Positions 34,900 to 43,856 are shown, numbered from the stretch's first letter. The stretch: 64,000 nucleotides of DNA from Candidatus Kapaibacterium sp. (GCA_018883125.1 VEQR01000004.1:5963-69962); one strand, 5' to 3'. Program-made: numbers and translations. Notes: generated by a model not told the origin, from the letters alone.

Positions 34900-36542
34900 G
34901 CACCCTTGATTGGGGTGTGTTTCTCGCTACGCTGCTTGGCGTAGTTCTCTACGGACTCTGGCGTGGGCGGGGTAACACCTCGGCAGACGATTATCTGCGT
35001 GCAGGACGGTCTCTCCCGTGGTATTCGGTGCTTCTCGGCGTGATGGCAACGCAGGCAAGTGCCATCACCTTTCTCTCGGCTCCGGGTCAGGCATTTACCG
35101 ATGGCATGCGCTTCGTGCAATACTACTTCGGATTGCCGCTGGCGATGATCGTCATTAGTGTCGTGTTCATTCCGATGTTTCGGACGGTGAATGCCTACAC
35201 CGCCTATGAGTTTCTCGAACAGCGGTTTGATCGTCGAACGCGGATGACAACGAGCATTTTATTTCTGCTGTCGCGAGGGCTAAGCACTGGCATCAGCATC
35301 TATGCACCGAGCATCATTGTCGCAACACTGCTCGATTGGAATATCTATGCTACAAACATCGTCGTGGGCGGTCTCTTGCTACTCTATACGCTCTCCGGTG
35401 GGGCCCGCTCGGTAGCGCACACGCAGACGCTGATGTTCGGGATCATTCTCACATCGATGGCTGTGGCAGGGGTCTTTCTCGTCCAGGGTTTCCCGAATTC
35501 AATGACGTTGGCGGATGCACTTCGGCTTTCAGATGCCGCCGGTAAACTGAACATCATCACTACAAGATTCGATCTTCATGACAAATACAACATCTGGAGC
35601 GGCCTGATAGGGGGCTTCTTTCTTGCCCTGTCATACTTCGGAACTGATCAAAGTCAGGTCGGACGATTCATCACGGGAAAGAACATCCGTGAAAGTCGCA
35701 TAGGCCTACTCGTCAATGGCATCGTTAAGATTCCGATGCAGCTTGGTATACTGCTGATCGGTGCGTTGCTTGTGGCGCTCTACAGCGTTATGCCCAGCCC
35801 CATATTCTTCAATGAAGCTGTTGCGCAACGCGTCGATCGTATCGATTCATCACAAGCATCCCTGCTGCATCAGAAGTGGGATGCGGTCAATGCTGAGTTA
35901 CGGCGCACAGCAGCGAATGTACTCGATGGAAAACCTGGTGCTAAAATCGCCTATCGTCAGACATTCGACAGCACAACGCGGCTACGCTCCGAGTACCGAA
36001 CGTTTGTTCGCTCCACGGGGGTTCTCGAGTCGAACGATACCAACTACATCTTTTTGCACTTCGTGCGAACCATGCTTCCGGCCGGTCTTGTCGGTCTGAT
36101 CTTTGCCGTCGTTATCATGGCATCGTGGGGAAGTATCTCCGCCGGATTTCATTCCCTAGCAACGGCAAGCGTGGTTGATCTGCGAGGTATCACGAACACA
36201 GCCGCCGATGTTACAGCCGCGCGCTGGCACACATTCTTATGGGCAGTGTTCGGCGTAGCGATGAGCATGCTCGCAACGCAGATGGGGTCACTCATTGAGG
36301 CCGTCAACATTCTCGGGAGCCTCTTCTATGGCCCCATTCTCGGGATCTTTCTCGTTGCATTCCTGGTCAAAAAAGCAAATGGCACCGACGTTTTCCGCGG
36401 TGCCATTGCTGCCGAATTGATTGTTGTTGCCTGCTGGGCTTTGAACGTTGTTAGCTTCCTATGGCTGAACGTTGTTGGCGCTGTTGCCGTGGTGCTGTAC
36501 GCTTTAATGAGCTCAACGTACCACCGAGAACCGGCGCGTTAA
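34896..36542 (+). CDS. Sodium:solute symporter family transporter
   Basis: About 13-14 TM helices with an SSF-like N-terminus (DYLRAGRSLPWY, FLSAPGQAF). ATGA overlap with the deacetylase gene. Confidence 0.7.
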   Translation: MSTLDWGVFLATLLGVVLYGLWRGRGNTSADDYLRAGRSLPWYSVLLGVMATQASAITFLSAPGQAFTDGMRFVQYYFGLPLAMIVISVVFIPMFRTVNAYTAYEFLEQRFDRRTRMTTSILFLLSRGLSTGISIYAPSIIVATLLDWNIYATNIVVGGLLLLYTLSGGARSVAHTQTLMFGIILTSMAVAGVFLVQGFPNSMTLADALRLSDAAGKLNIITTRFDLHDKYNIWSGLIGGFFLALSYFGTDQSQVGRFITGKNIRESRIGLLVNGIVKIPMQLGILLIGALLVALYSVMPSPIFFNEAVAQRVDRIDSSQASLLHQKWDAVNAELRRTAANVLDGKPGAKIAYRQTFDSTTRLRSEYRTFVRSTGVLESNDTNYIFLHFVRTMLPAGLVGLIFAVVIMASWGSISAGFHSLATASVVDLRGITNTAADVTAARWHTFLWAVFGVAMSMLATQMGSLIEAVNILGSLFYGPILGIFLVAFLVKKANGTDVFRGAIAAELIVVACWALNVVSFLWLNVVGAVAVVLYALMSSTYHREPAR

Positions 36543-38948
36543 ACGTCCGACTGAGGATTCAAGCACAACGGTGTACGAACCCGATGCAAGGTCGCTTACG
36601 ATGAGCTTCATATCTGTTGCACCAGCGGCTGCGGCCGTACGACGAATCTCACTGCCGGTGTTGTCGATGATCACAACCGAGTGCACATTCTGACCGTTCC
36701 AGTGCAGCTGGACAACGTCGGTTGCCGGAACCGGCCATACAGCAACGTCAACAAGAACTTCCTCATCGACGCCGGTGACCATAACACTGACCTCGTCACT
36801 CTTCGTCGAGCGACCACACTCTGATGTCACGGTGCACTGATACATACCCTGACCTTCGGCAGTAACTGATGCAATCTTGAGCGTTGAGGACGTTCCATCA
36901 GGAGCGGGGATCGCTGTGCCATTGTGCGTCCACTGGTACGTCAGGCCCGGACCTTCGGCAGCAACCGACAACTCAAGGGCAGAGCCCGCGCTGACAGATT
37001 TGGCAATTGGTTGTTTGGTGATGACGGGGCTGTCCGCGATCTGCACCTTCGCCGCATCGCTGGTCTTCGATCCACACGTGGTGGTAAGGACAACGTCATA
37101 CGAGCCGGATGAGTTTGCGGTCGGTGACGCAATGCTGTAGGTGGCGTTTGTTGCACCGTCAATGTTCGCTCCGTCTTTCCGCCACTGATAGGTAGTGCCC
37201 GGCGTTGTTGTTGCAACCGATAGCGTGAGCTGGCGTCCGGAACAAGCTGTGACGCCCAGTGGCTGTGTTGTGATGGCCGGAACAACCCCCGTTGTAAAGG
37301 TCAGGGGGCTTACTGCGACATTGCCGCGACTTGACCGAACGCGCAACTGGATCGAACCGACCATGTCTTCGGCCTTTGGCGTCCAGCTATATGAGCGCGT
37401 CTTCAGACCGGAGACAACGGATGTCCACGCCTTCCCGTCGGTAGAACGCTGCACAGAATATGTGTCTGATGCCTGCATCCCATCGGCACCCCATGTGATC
37501 GACACTTCTGATCCTTCGCAGAGCGATGGATTCTCGGTTGGTGTGCGCCACGTCATTACGCCGAAAGGATACTTTTCAACGAATGCCGTGAAGGCAGATG
37601 CTCCAACCGCTTTCCGGGAACCAACGCGATAGACGTCATCGTACGAATCAACGGCGAGTGCCAAAGGCTGATCTGCACCTGGTGTTCCCGTGATCGTGCA
37701 ATATGTCTGCTCCAATGTGGTGAAACGAACGAGGAAGCCATCCTGCTCGCCCCGTGCCTGTGAGGATGCCCCGAGTCCAACCTCGGGGATGGATGCCGTT
37801 GTGGTGCCGACAGCGGTAACGATCGAGCCAACCGAGCGAGCTCCGGTGATCCGATCGTCTCCCGCACCACCGACATACTGCGCCGAAACAAGCTTGAGAC
37901 CATTCGATGATACTGCGGCATAGAAGCCGTCATTCTTGCCACCGAACGTTGAATTCACTTCGGCAGGTATAGGCAGATCTGCTGAGCTGGTATATCCAAG
38001 CAGGTAGGCTACGTCTTCCGCGCCAACGGCAACGCTGGTTCCGATATCCACGCCTGCACCTCCGAAAAAGGCGGAGTAGACCATTGTGCCGCCAAGTTGA
38101 ATCTTGATTACTACGGCATCCTGACCGCCACCAAAGGAGTTGTCAAAACACACATTCCCCGTTTCCTCCCAGTGGCCGGTCGCACAGCCATAGTACGGAC
38201 ATCCTCCGTCATCAACCCAGACGCGATTCTTCACGGGAAAGGTTGGGAAGTCAAGGGAGGCAGTGTATCCACCAATCACGGCGTTATTCTTGGAGTCAAC
38301 AACGACAGATGTCATTTCATCATTCTCCACTCCGCCGAGGTAGCTCGCGGAGTTCACGAACTTCCCGAAAGCATCTAAGGAGATGTAGAAGCCGTCGTTC
38401 TTACCATTCTGTGTTTCGTCAAAGCTGTTGACCGTTGGCAGCGACTTTGCTGATGCGATGCCACCAACCACCACCACATCGCCCAAAGGTCCGATCGCGA
38501 TTGCATTGGCACGGTCTGCTCCGGTTCCTCCGATATACATCCCAACTAGGACCGTCTTTAGATCTGCCGATAACTTCGCAACGAAACCATCGGTCGCCCC
38601 CTTGAACGCTCCCTTAAGGGGCGAAGCAGGGAATGGCAGGTCGTTTGACGTTGTCTCGCCGCAGATCCATACCGACCCATCGGCTGCCACGGCCATCCCC
38701 GTAATAATGTCTTTGCCAGAACCACCGAAGGTGGCCGATGCCACGACAGATTCGAGATCAGAGGCGTGGACGACGATGGCCCCGTCGGTGTTGTCGGCTT
38801 GTGTCACGTTGCCGACGGAAATGATGTAGCCGTTCTTCAAGATCATCGTCGCCGTAGCTTCGGTCATCTTCTCGAAGGTGTTTTGCGAGAAAACATTGGT
38901 CAATGAAACGACGGTTAACGCGCAACAGATGAGAAGAGGTTTGATCAT
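36513..38948 (-). CDS. Secreted SBBP beta-propeller-repeat / Ig-like-domain protein with T9SS CTD
   Basis: Repeats of the type Y.GG.G.D.A.AIA....G.VVV.G.T.S.D.P. Three Ig-like modules (..YQWRKDGANIDGATNATYSI..SGSYDVVLTT.CG..). C-terminus VAVWPVPATDVVQLHW..SYTVVLES... Confidence 0.75.
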   Translation of the reverse strand: MIKPLLICCALTVVSLTNVFSQNTFEKMTEATATMILKNGYIISVGNVTQADNTDGAIVVHASDLESVVASATFGGSGKDIITGMAVAADGSVWICGETTSNDLPFPASPLKGAFKGATDGFVAKLSADLKTVLVGMYIGGTGADRANAIAIGPLGDVVVVGGIASAKSLPTVNSFDETQNGKNDGFYISLDAFGKFVNSASYLGGVENDEMTSVVVDSKNNAVIGGYTASLDFPTFPVKNRVWVDDGGCPYYGCATGHWEETGNVCFDNSFGGGQDAVVIKIQLGGTMVYSAFFGGAGVDIGTSVAVGAEDVAYLLGYTSSADLPIPAEVNSTFGGKNDGFYAAVSSNGLKLVSAQYVGGAGDDRITGARSVGSIVTAVGTTTASIPEVGLGASSQARGEQDGFLVRFTTLEQTYCTITGTPGADQPLALAVDSYDDVYRVGSRKAVGASAFTAFVEKYPFGVMTWRTPTENPSLCEGSEVSITWGADGMQASDTYSVQRSTDGKAWTSVVSGLKTRSYSWTPKAEDMVGSIQLRVRSSRGNVAVSPLTFTTGVVPAITTQPLGVTACSGRQLTLSVATTTPGTTYQWRKDGANIDGATNATYSIASPTANSSGSYDVVLTTTCGSKTSDAAKVQIADSPVITKQPIAKSVSAGSALELSVAAEGPGLTYQWTHNGTAIPAPDGTSSTLKIASVTAEGQGMYQCTVTSECGRSTKSDEVSVMVTGVDEEVLVDVAVWPVPATDVVQLHWNGQNVHSVVIIDNTGSEIRRTAAAAGATDMKLIVSDLASGSYTVVLESSVGRLTRRFSVVR

Positions 38949-39055
38949 AGGGGAACCCGCACAGAAGATGATAGAGATTTCATACCGTATAGTCTGAATT
39001 CGGACGTTTTAGTTACATGAAATCCGAAAAATATCCCCCCCCAGCTACGGATCGG

Positions 39056-39796
39056 CTATTGTGCGAGATAACCGCCATCGACAGGGAAGTACCCTCCTGT
39101 TACGAAGGATGCCTCCTCTGAGCCAAGGAATGCAACAAGTGCCGCTACCTCGTCAGGAGTGCCGACTCGACCGATTGGATGACGCGCGACGACGTCATGG
39201 GCGACCTGTGGATCTTGCATTACGCCGGCAATCATCGGTGTGTCGATGAATCCGGGACCCACGGCATTGATCCGCACACCCTGCGCCGAATGATCGATCG
39301 CCGCCGACCGAACCAGTCCGACAAGTCCGTGTTTGGCAGCCGTGTACGCCGGTGCTCCGGCAAAGCCGACCATGCCGAGAACGGACGAGATCACGATGAT
39401 CGACCCCTTGCCTTGCTTGAGCATTGCGGGTAGCTGTGCCCGTATGCCGTAGAACACCCCGGAGAGGTTCACGTCGATGATGCGGCGCCACTCCTCCACG
39501 GGGTATGTGGCCGTAGGAGCCCCTTGCCCGCCAATGCCGGCATTGTTCACGGCCACATCAAGCCGACCGAATTCACGAAGTGTTGCCTCCATGCACGCCT
39601 CGTGATGCTCAGGAATCGAGACGTCGCAATGAACATACAGAGCATTGGCTCCCTGCTTCTTCAGTTCTGTCTCAAGCTGCACGCCATGCTCATCGTTGAC
39701 GTCCGCAAGGACCACATTGGCGCCTTGCATTGCATATCGACGAGCAATCGCCGAGCCGATGCCAGAGGAGGCGCCGGTGATTAGAACAACGGACAT
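39056..39796 (-). CDS. Short-chain dehydrogenase/reductase (FabG-like)
   Basis: TGASSGIGSAIA cofactor motif, catalytic YTAAKHG, NNAG. Confidence 0.85.
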   Translation of the reverse strand: MSVVLITGASSGIGSAIARRYAMQGANVVLADVNDEHGVQLETELKKQGANALYVHCDVSIPEHHEACMEATLREFGRLDVAVNNAGIGGQGAPTATYPVEEWRRIIDVNLSGVFYGIRAQLPAMLKQGKGSIIVISSVLGMVGFAGAPAYTAAKHGLVGLVRSAAIDHSAQGVRINAVGPGFIDTPMIAGVMQDPQVAHDVVARHPIGRVGTPDEVAALVAFLGSEEASFVTGGYFPVDGGYLAQ

Positions 39797-39802
39797 AATG
39801 AG

Positions 39803-40290
39803 TTACTGAGTTACTGAATTACAGAGGTACAGAAGTACAGAAGTACTGAGGTACAGAAGTACAGAAGTACAGAAGTACCTAAGTACAGAAGTACTGAGGT
39901 ACAGAAGTACAGAAGTACCTAAGTACAGAAGTACTGAGGTACAGAAGTACCGAAGTACCGAAGTACGGAAGTACTGAGGTACAGAAGTACAGAAGTACAG
40001 AAGTACAGAAGTACAGAAGTACAGAAGTACAGAAGTACAGAAGTACAGAAGTACAGAAGTACTGAAGTACAGAAGTACTGAGGTACAGAAGTACAGAAGT
40101 ACCGAAGTACCGAAGTACAGAAGTACCGAAGTACCGAAGTACCGAGGTACAGAAGTACAGAAGTACAGAAGTACAGAAGTACAGAAGTACAGAAGTACAG
40201 AAGTACAGAAGTACAGAAGTACAGAAGTACAGAAGTACAGAAGTACAGAAGTACTGAGGCACAGAATTACGGAAGTACAGAGACACAGGA
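39803..40290. repeat. 61-unit octamer tandem array, consensus GTACAGAA (37 exact units)
   Basis: Read unit by unit with no indel over 488 bp. Variants: GTACTGAG, GTACCGAA, GTACCTAA, GTACGGAA. Pure GTACAGAA runs of 10 units (39979-40058) and 13 units (40147-40250). A 40-bp higher-order unit is repeated at 39859-39898 and 39899-39938. Confidence 0.97.
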
Positions 40291-40360
40291 AACACGGTGG
40301 TAGCAATGACGTAGGGGCAAGGCGTCGTCTTGCTGATTCGTCTTGCGCACTCGCGGTGCC

Positions 40361-41221
40361 TCAGTGCGATGAATCTCGCTTCGTAAACGGGGCCACCACT
40401 TGATGAAAGAAGCCGTGGGGATAGTGCTCAACATCCTCGAAACCGAGAGTTATGTCGCGTCCCGAGGTGGGCATGTAGGCGGTTCCGAACAGCCAGTCCC
40501 ATACGCTAAGCGTAAGTCCGTAGTTCACGCTCTTAACGCCTTCGGGCAGGTTCTTGGCATGATGCCAGATATGCATCTGTGGCGTGTTGAAGAGATACTT
40601 CAGGGGGCCGATGGGCAGCACAATGTTTGCATGATTCAGATGGCCGACCGCGGTGGCAAAAACGCCCACGGCAAAAAAATCGACAAGGTTGATGCCAAGC
40701 AGCATGAGAGGGATGTATTCCAGCACTCCATAGACGATGTTCTCGGCAAAGTGAAAGCGCAGGTGGGCAGCGAATCCCATCTGTTCGACGCTGTGGTGGA
40801 CCTTATGAAACTCCCAAAGGGTGGACGAGGCATGCAGAAGTCGGTGCACGTTCCACTGAATGAAGTCCCGAGAAACAAAGATTATTAGCAGCAGAGCCCA
40901 CTTCGGGAGCTCGCCCATTACCCCATGAAGTCCGCTAAGAAACGGGAACGCATCAGATACGGCCGTGCGAACCACTGTGCTGATCCCGGAGTAACCGATG
41001 GCACCGAAGATGAACATGTTGAAGAACATGTACCACGTGTCCAGCCAGAAGTCTTTCCGAATCACCGGCTGATTCTTACGCCATGGAACAATTATCTCCA
41101 GAAGCCACACGGCAACAGACAGCCCAACCAGCCACCAGAAGAAGTTGTGCCAGGTGGGCTGTGTGATGGTTGACCCGAGATAGGAGAACTGGGCTGCGTA
41201 GTATGAGACGAGTTGTTCCAT
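40361..41221 (-). CDS. Fatty-acid hydroxylase / sterol desaturase-family membrane di-iron enzyme
   Basis: His boxes HRLLH, HKVHHS and HIWHH, with 4 TM helices. Confidence 0.75.
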   Translation of the reverse strand: MEQLVSYYAAQFSYLGSTITQPTWHNFFWWLVGLSVAVWLLEIIVPWRKNQPVIRKDFWLDTWYMFFNMFIFGAIGYSGISTVVRTAVSDAFPFLSGLHGVMGELPKWALLLIIFVSRDFIQWNVHRLLHASSTLWEFHKVHHSVEQMGFAAHLRFHFAENIVYGVLEYIPLMLLGINLVDFFAVGVFATAVGHLNHANIVLPIGPLKYLFNTPQMHIWHHAKNLPEGVKSVNYGLTLSVWDWLFGTAYMPTSGRDITLGFEDVEHYPHGFFHQVVAPFTKRDSSH

Positions 41222-41246
41222 TAGTTCAAATTACAAGGGCGTCGCT

Positions 41247-41558
41247 TTAGATTTTCTGCAGTCGGGACCACATATCGGGATGCTTCTCTACAAGCCGAAT
41301 AAGGACGGCGGCCTGCGCATTCGGACGCGAGCGACCCTGCTCCCAGTTCTCAAGCGTCCGAACGTTGGTTCGCATGTAAGCGGCGAAGATCGCCCTCGAG
41401 ACGTTAAGCCGACGTCGCAGTTCTATCAACTCCGATGCGCTAACCTCAGGTGCAGGGTTGTCTGTTACCGCGTGTGTGCGTAAAGTCAACTTTTCTTCAC
41501 GCTGGCCGGCAAGAGCGTCAAAGCCTTCCTTTAATTCCGCTATGAGGGAGCGTTTCAT
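41247..41558 (-). CDS. higA: XRE-type HTH antitoxin (HigA-like)
   Basis: C-terminal HTH ..LNVSRAIFAAYMRTNVRTLENWEQGRSRPNAQAAVLI... 4-bp overlap with the upstream toxin gene. Confidence 0.7.
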   Translation of the reverse strand: MKRSLIAELKEGFDALAGQREEKLTLRTHAVTDNPAPEVSASELIELRRRLNVSRAIFAAYMRTNVRTLENWEQGRSRPNAQAAVLIRLVEKHPDMWSRLQKI

Positions 41559-41893
41559 GAGCGTTGCTTCAGCTCATACTTGAGGAGCCTGTGTAGAAGT
41601 TGAAGATCGCCAGGATGTAGGTTGTCCATTTCATCTTTGTCATATAGGGTGAATAGCCAGAACTGCTTACCTTCTTGCCACCAAAAATAGATGACCCGGA
41701 TGCCACCTCGTCTTCCCTTTCCACGACGAGGGTCACCGAACCGGAGCTTTCGCAGACCCCCGGTCCCTTTGATCAGCGAGCCAGCATCAGGCAGTGCCAA
41801 CAGGACATTTTGAAGTGCCACGAAGGCTTCGTCAGACAGGTAGCTTGCTCTGTGACGCTGAAATGCAGGCAGTTCAACGAACATTGCTCTCAT
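41555..41893 (-). CDS. higB: RelE/HigB-like type II toxin
   Basis: 112 aa with ..GGLRKLRFGDPRRGKGRRGGIRVIYFWWQEGKQFWLFTLYDKDEMDNL.., typical of toxin-first HigB-2/RelE-like modules. Confidence 0.7.
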   Translation of the reverse strand: MRAMFVELPAFQRHRASYLSDEAFVALQNVLLALPDAGSLIKGTGGLRKLRFGDPRRGKGRRGGIRVIYFWWQEGKQFWLFTLYDKDEMDNLHPGDLQLLHRLLKYELKQRS

Positions 41894-41988
41894 GCAATTA
41901 TACGTAATATGCGTACAGATAAAACTGTGCTTACGTATCTACGGGCAGCAAACAACAACCAACGTGACGTCCCGCCTACCATATCCAT

Positions 41989-42020
41989 AAAAAAAGCCCG
42001 CAACCTTGAAGTTGCGGGCT
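41989..42020 (-). terminator. Rho-independent terminator after tRNA-Thr
   Basis: Stem AGCCCGCAAC (41995-42004) / GTTGCGGGCT (42011-42020). The minus strand has 7 T immediately after the stem. Confidence 0.85.
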
Positions 42021-42027
42021 TGATTCC

Positions 42028-42103
42028 TGGAGCCAACTGCCGGACTTGAACCGGCGACCTGCTGATTACAAATCAGCTGCTCTACCAGCTGAGCTAAGTT
42101 GGC
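42028..42103 (-). tRNA. tRNA-Thr(TGT): tRNA-Thr (anticodon TGT), CCA encoded
   Basis: Manual cloverleaf: acceptor GCCAACT/AGTTGGC, anticodon stem GCTGA/TCAGC with loop TTTGTAA, T arm GCCGG-TTCAAGT-CCGGC, then TCCA. Confidence 0.9.
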
Positions 42104-42114
42104 CTTTCGAGGCG

Positions 42115-42122
42115 CAAAGATA
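42115..42122 (-). promoter_or_regulatory. Candidate -7 box TATCTTTG for tRNA-Thr
   Basis: Same octamer as upstream of tRNA-Lys. Its G lies 12 nt upstream of the tRNA 5' end. Confidence 0.4.
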
Positions 42123-42147
42123 CGAAAAGACGTATTTCATGCACGCC

Positions 42148-42996
42148 CTATTCGCGGGAATTTCGTCGAAGAGCTTGTCCGCCAAGAATCGCAGATATCA
42201 CGATCGCGCCACCTAGTATGGACGTTGAGGAGGGCACCTCGCCCAAGGCAAGTCCCACCCACAGTGGATTGAGAAGGGGCTCCAGGACGGTAATCAGCAC
42301 GGCCTCCAGGGCTGTGACGTGGGCAAGTGCCCAGGAGTAAAGCAAGTAGGAAACTCCTAGCTGCAACATACCGAGCACCAGTAATGGGAGAATCCAATCC
42401 ATCGTTGCCGGCGGGAGCGCTCCGGCGAGTGGTGCGCACACGATAGCGGTCAGCACGTTTCCCAAGATTATGCTCTCGGTGGTTGACGTGCCACGCTGCT
42501 GACGCATGAACAGGGCAACGCCGGCAAAGGCAACGCCACTGGCAATAGCAAGGGCGTTTCCAAGGATGGCACCCGGACTTAGTGCGTCGAGAAAGAAGAC
42601 CACCATCCCAAGCATCACGCATCCAACAACAATGACGTCGCGCCTCGCAAGACGCTCCTTGGCCACGGTAGCACTGAAGATGGCCACCCACACTGGTGCG
42701 GTGTACTGAAGCAGGATTGCATTGGCTGCGGTAGTCTTCTTCGTGGCCCACACGAAGAGCACCACCGTGAACATGTAACTGATGATGCTCCCGAATTGCG
42801 CAGGCGTCCACGCTGGCTTCAGCGGCCCCTTGCGGCGAATCCAGAGAAACATCACCGCAGCGGCAATGGCACTTCGCAATCCCGCTATGGCAAGGGGCGA
42901 GAGCGGCAGCAGTTTGATAAGCAGTCCGCCACTGCTCCATAGAATGGCACATACAACCAGCGCCGCAACAGCGGCCGCATGGTGCTTGTTGTTCAT
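42148..42996 (-). CDS. EamA/DMT-family transporter
   Basis: 10 TM helices in two EamA-like halves. Confidence 0.75.
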   Translation of the reverse strand: MNNKHHAAAVAALVVCAILWSSGGLLIKLLPLSPLAIAGLRSAIAAAVMFLWIRRKGPLKPAWTPAQFGSIISYMFTVVLFVWATKKTTAANAILLQYTAPVWVAIFSATVAKERLARRDVIVVGCVMLGMVVFFLDALSPGAILGNALAIASGVAFAGVALFMRQQRGTSTTESIILGNVLTAIVCAPLAGALPPATMDWILPLLVLGMLQLGVSYLLYSWALAHVTALEAVLITVLEPLLNPLWVGLALGEVPSSTSILGGAIVISAILGGQALRRNSRE

Positions 42997-43856
42997 CGGA
43001 TGAATTCTGACTGACGGCTGGTGGTGACGTATGACTCGGCGCGCTGGGTACCCTGCGAGGCGGAGTACGTCTGGGTGGTTGATGTGGTTAGTGCCACAGG
43101 CGGAAAGCGCGCATCAAGTGGCACAACGTACCGGAACTCTGCCACGAGCGACCCGACGAGTGGGTAAGGGGCTCCTTCAAGTCGCATTGTGAACTTCGGA
43201 GCTTCAGCCCGAGCTGTAACAACAGCCGTCGTCTGCGGCCCGGTGCTATCGATGGCTGCAAACGTGACGGTGCCGTCGATCTTCTTCATCAGCCGGACCT
43301 GCTCGCGTCCAAGGATCCGTTTCAGTGCGGCAATATTCATCTTCCACGTCGAACCCAGCACGACGGGCTTCTTGGCATCAAGAACATTGCCGGTCTTTGC
43401 GCCCCCTTCACCCATCACGACGTTACTGAGAAGGGCAGCCACGGTGTCAGCGACCGGTTCGCCGTTAACGGTGAACACGCTTCCACTGTCGGAGAACCAG
43501 CATCGAACCTTTGTGCCGGTATTCATCACATCAAAGGTGTCGGTATTGGTCTGGAGCTGGAAGCTGCGGATGACCAGATTCTTCTCTTTCTCTTGGCCAT
43601 CAACGGTGACGTAGGTGACCGAACACTGGGCGGCAATAATGATGCGCACGATGTCTGTGGTGTCGCCCAACAGGTTGTCTCCACTGAAGACCTTGGTCTG
43701 CGACCGCTGCTCGTAGGTGGCCTTGAGAAGGTACTGGTCAAACTCCTTGAGCCCTCGTCCAAGCTTTAGAGTGTAAGCCGTTGGTTGCTGTGCCGAAGCA
43801 CTGGCAACGCAGATGAGGCAAAAGAGAACGACTTTAGAGAAGTGTGTTCTGAGCAT
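42993..43856 (-). CDS. Secreted hypothetical protein
   Basis: Signal peptide MLRTHFSKVVLFCLICVASASAQQ. No recognised motif. 4-bp overlap with the EamA gene. Confidence 0.5.
   Translation of the reverse strand: MLRTHFSKVVLFCLICVASASAQQPTAYTLKLGRGLKEFDQYLLKATYEQRSQTKVFSGDNLLGDTTDIVRIIIAAQCSVTYVTVDGQEKEKNLVIRSFQLQTNTDTFDVMNTGTKVRCWFSDSGSVFTVNGEPVADTVAALLSNVVMGEGGAKTGNVLDAKKPVVLGSTWKMNIAALKRILGREQVRLMKKIDGTVTFAAIDSTGPQTTAVVTARAEAPKFTMRLEGAPYPLVGSLVAEFRYVVPLDARFPPVALTTSTTQTYSASQGTQRAESYVTTSRQSEFIR

Noticed and set aside
39803-40306. Track ORFs 39803..40306 (167 aa) and 39879..40295 (138 aa) with CTSVLLYF-type sequence
   Set aside because: They are translations of the stop-free octamer array: pure 8-aa periodic low complexity in several frames at once, with no start context. 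Not genes.
41894-42027. Integrase-less mobile element between higB and tRNA-Thr
   Set aside because: The interval contains only a terminator and about 90 nt of unremarkable sequence, with no repeat of the tRNA 3' end and no recombinase.
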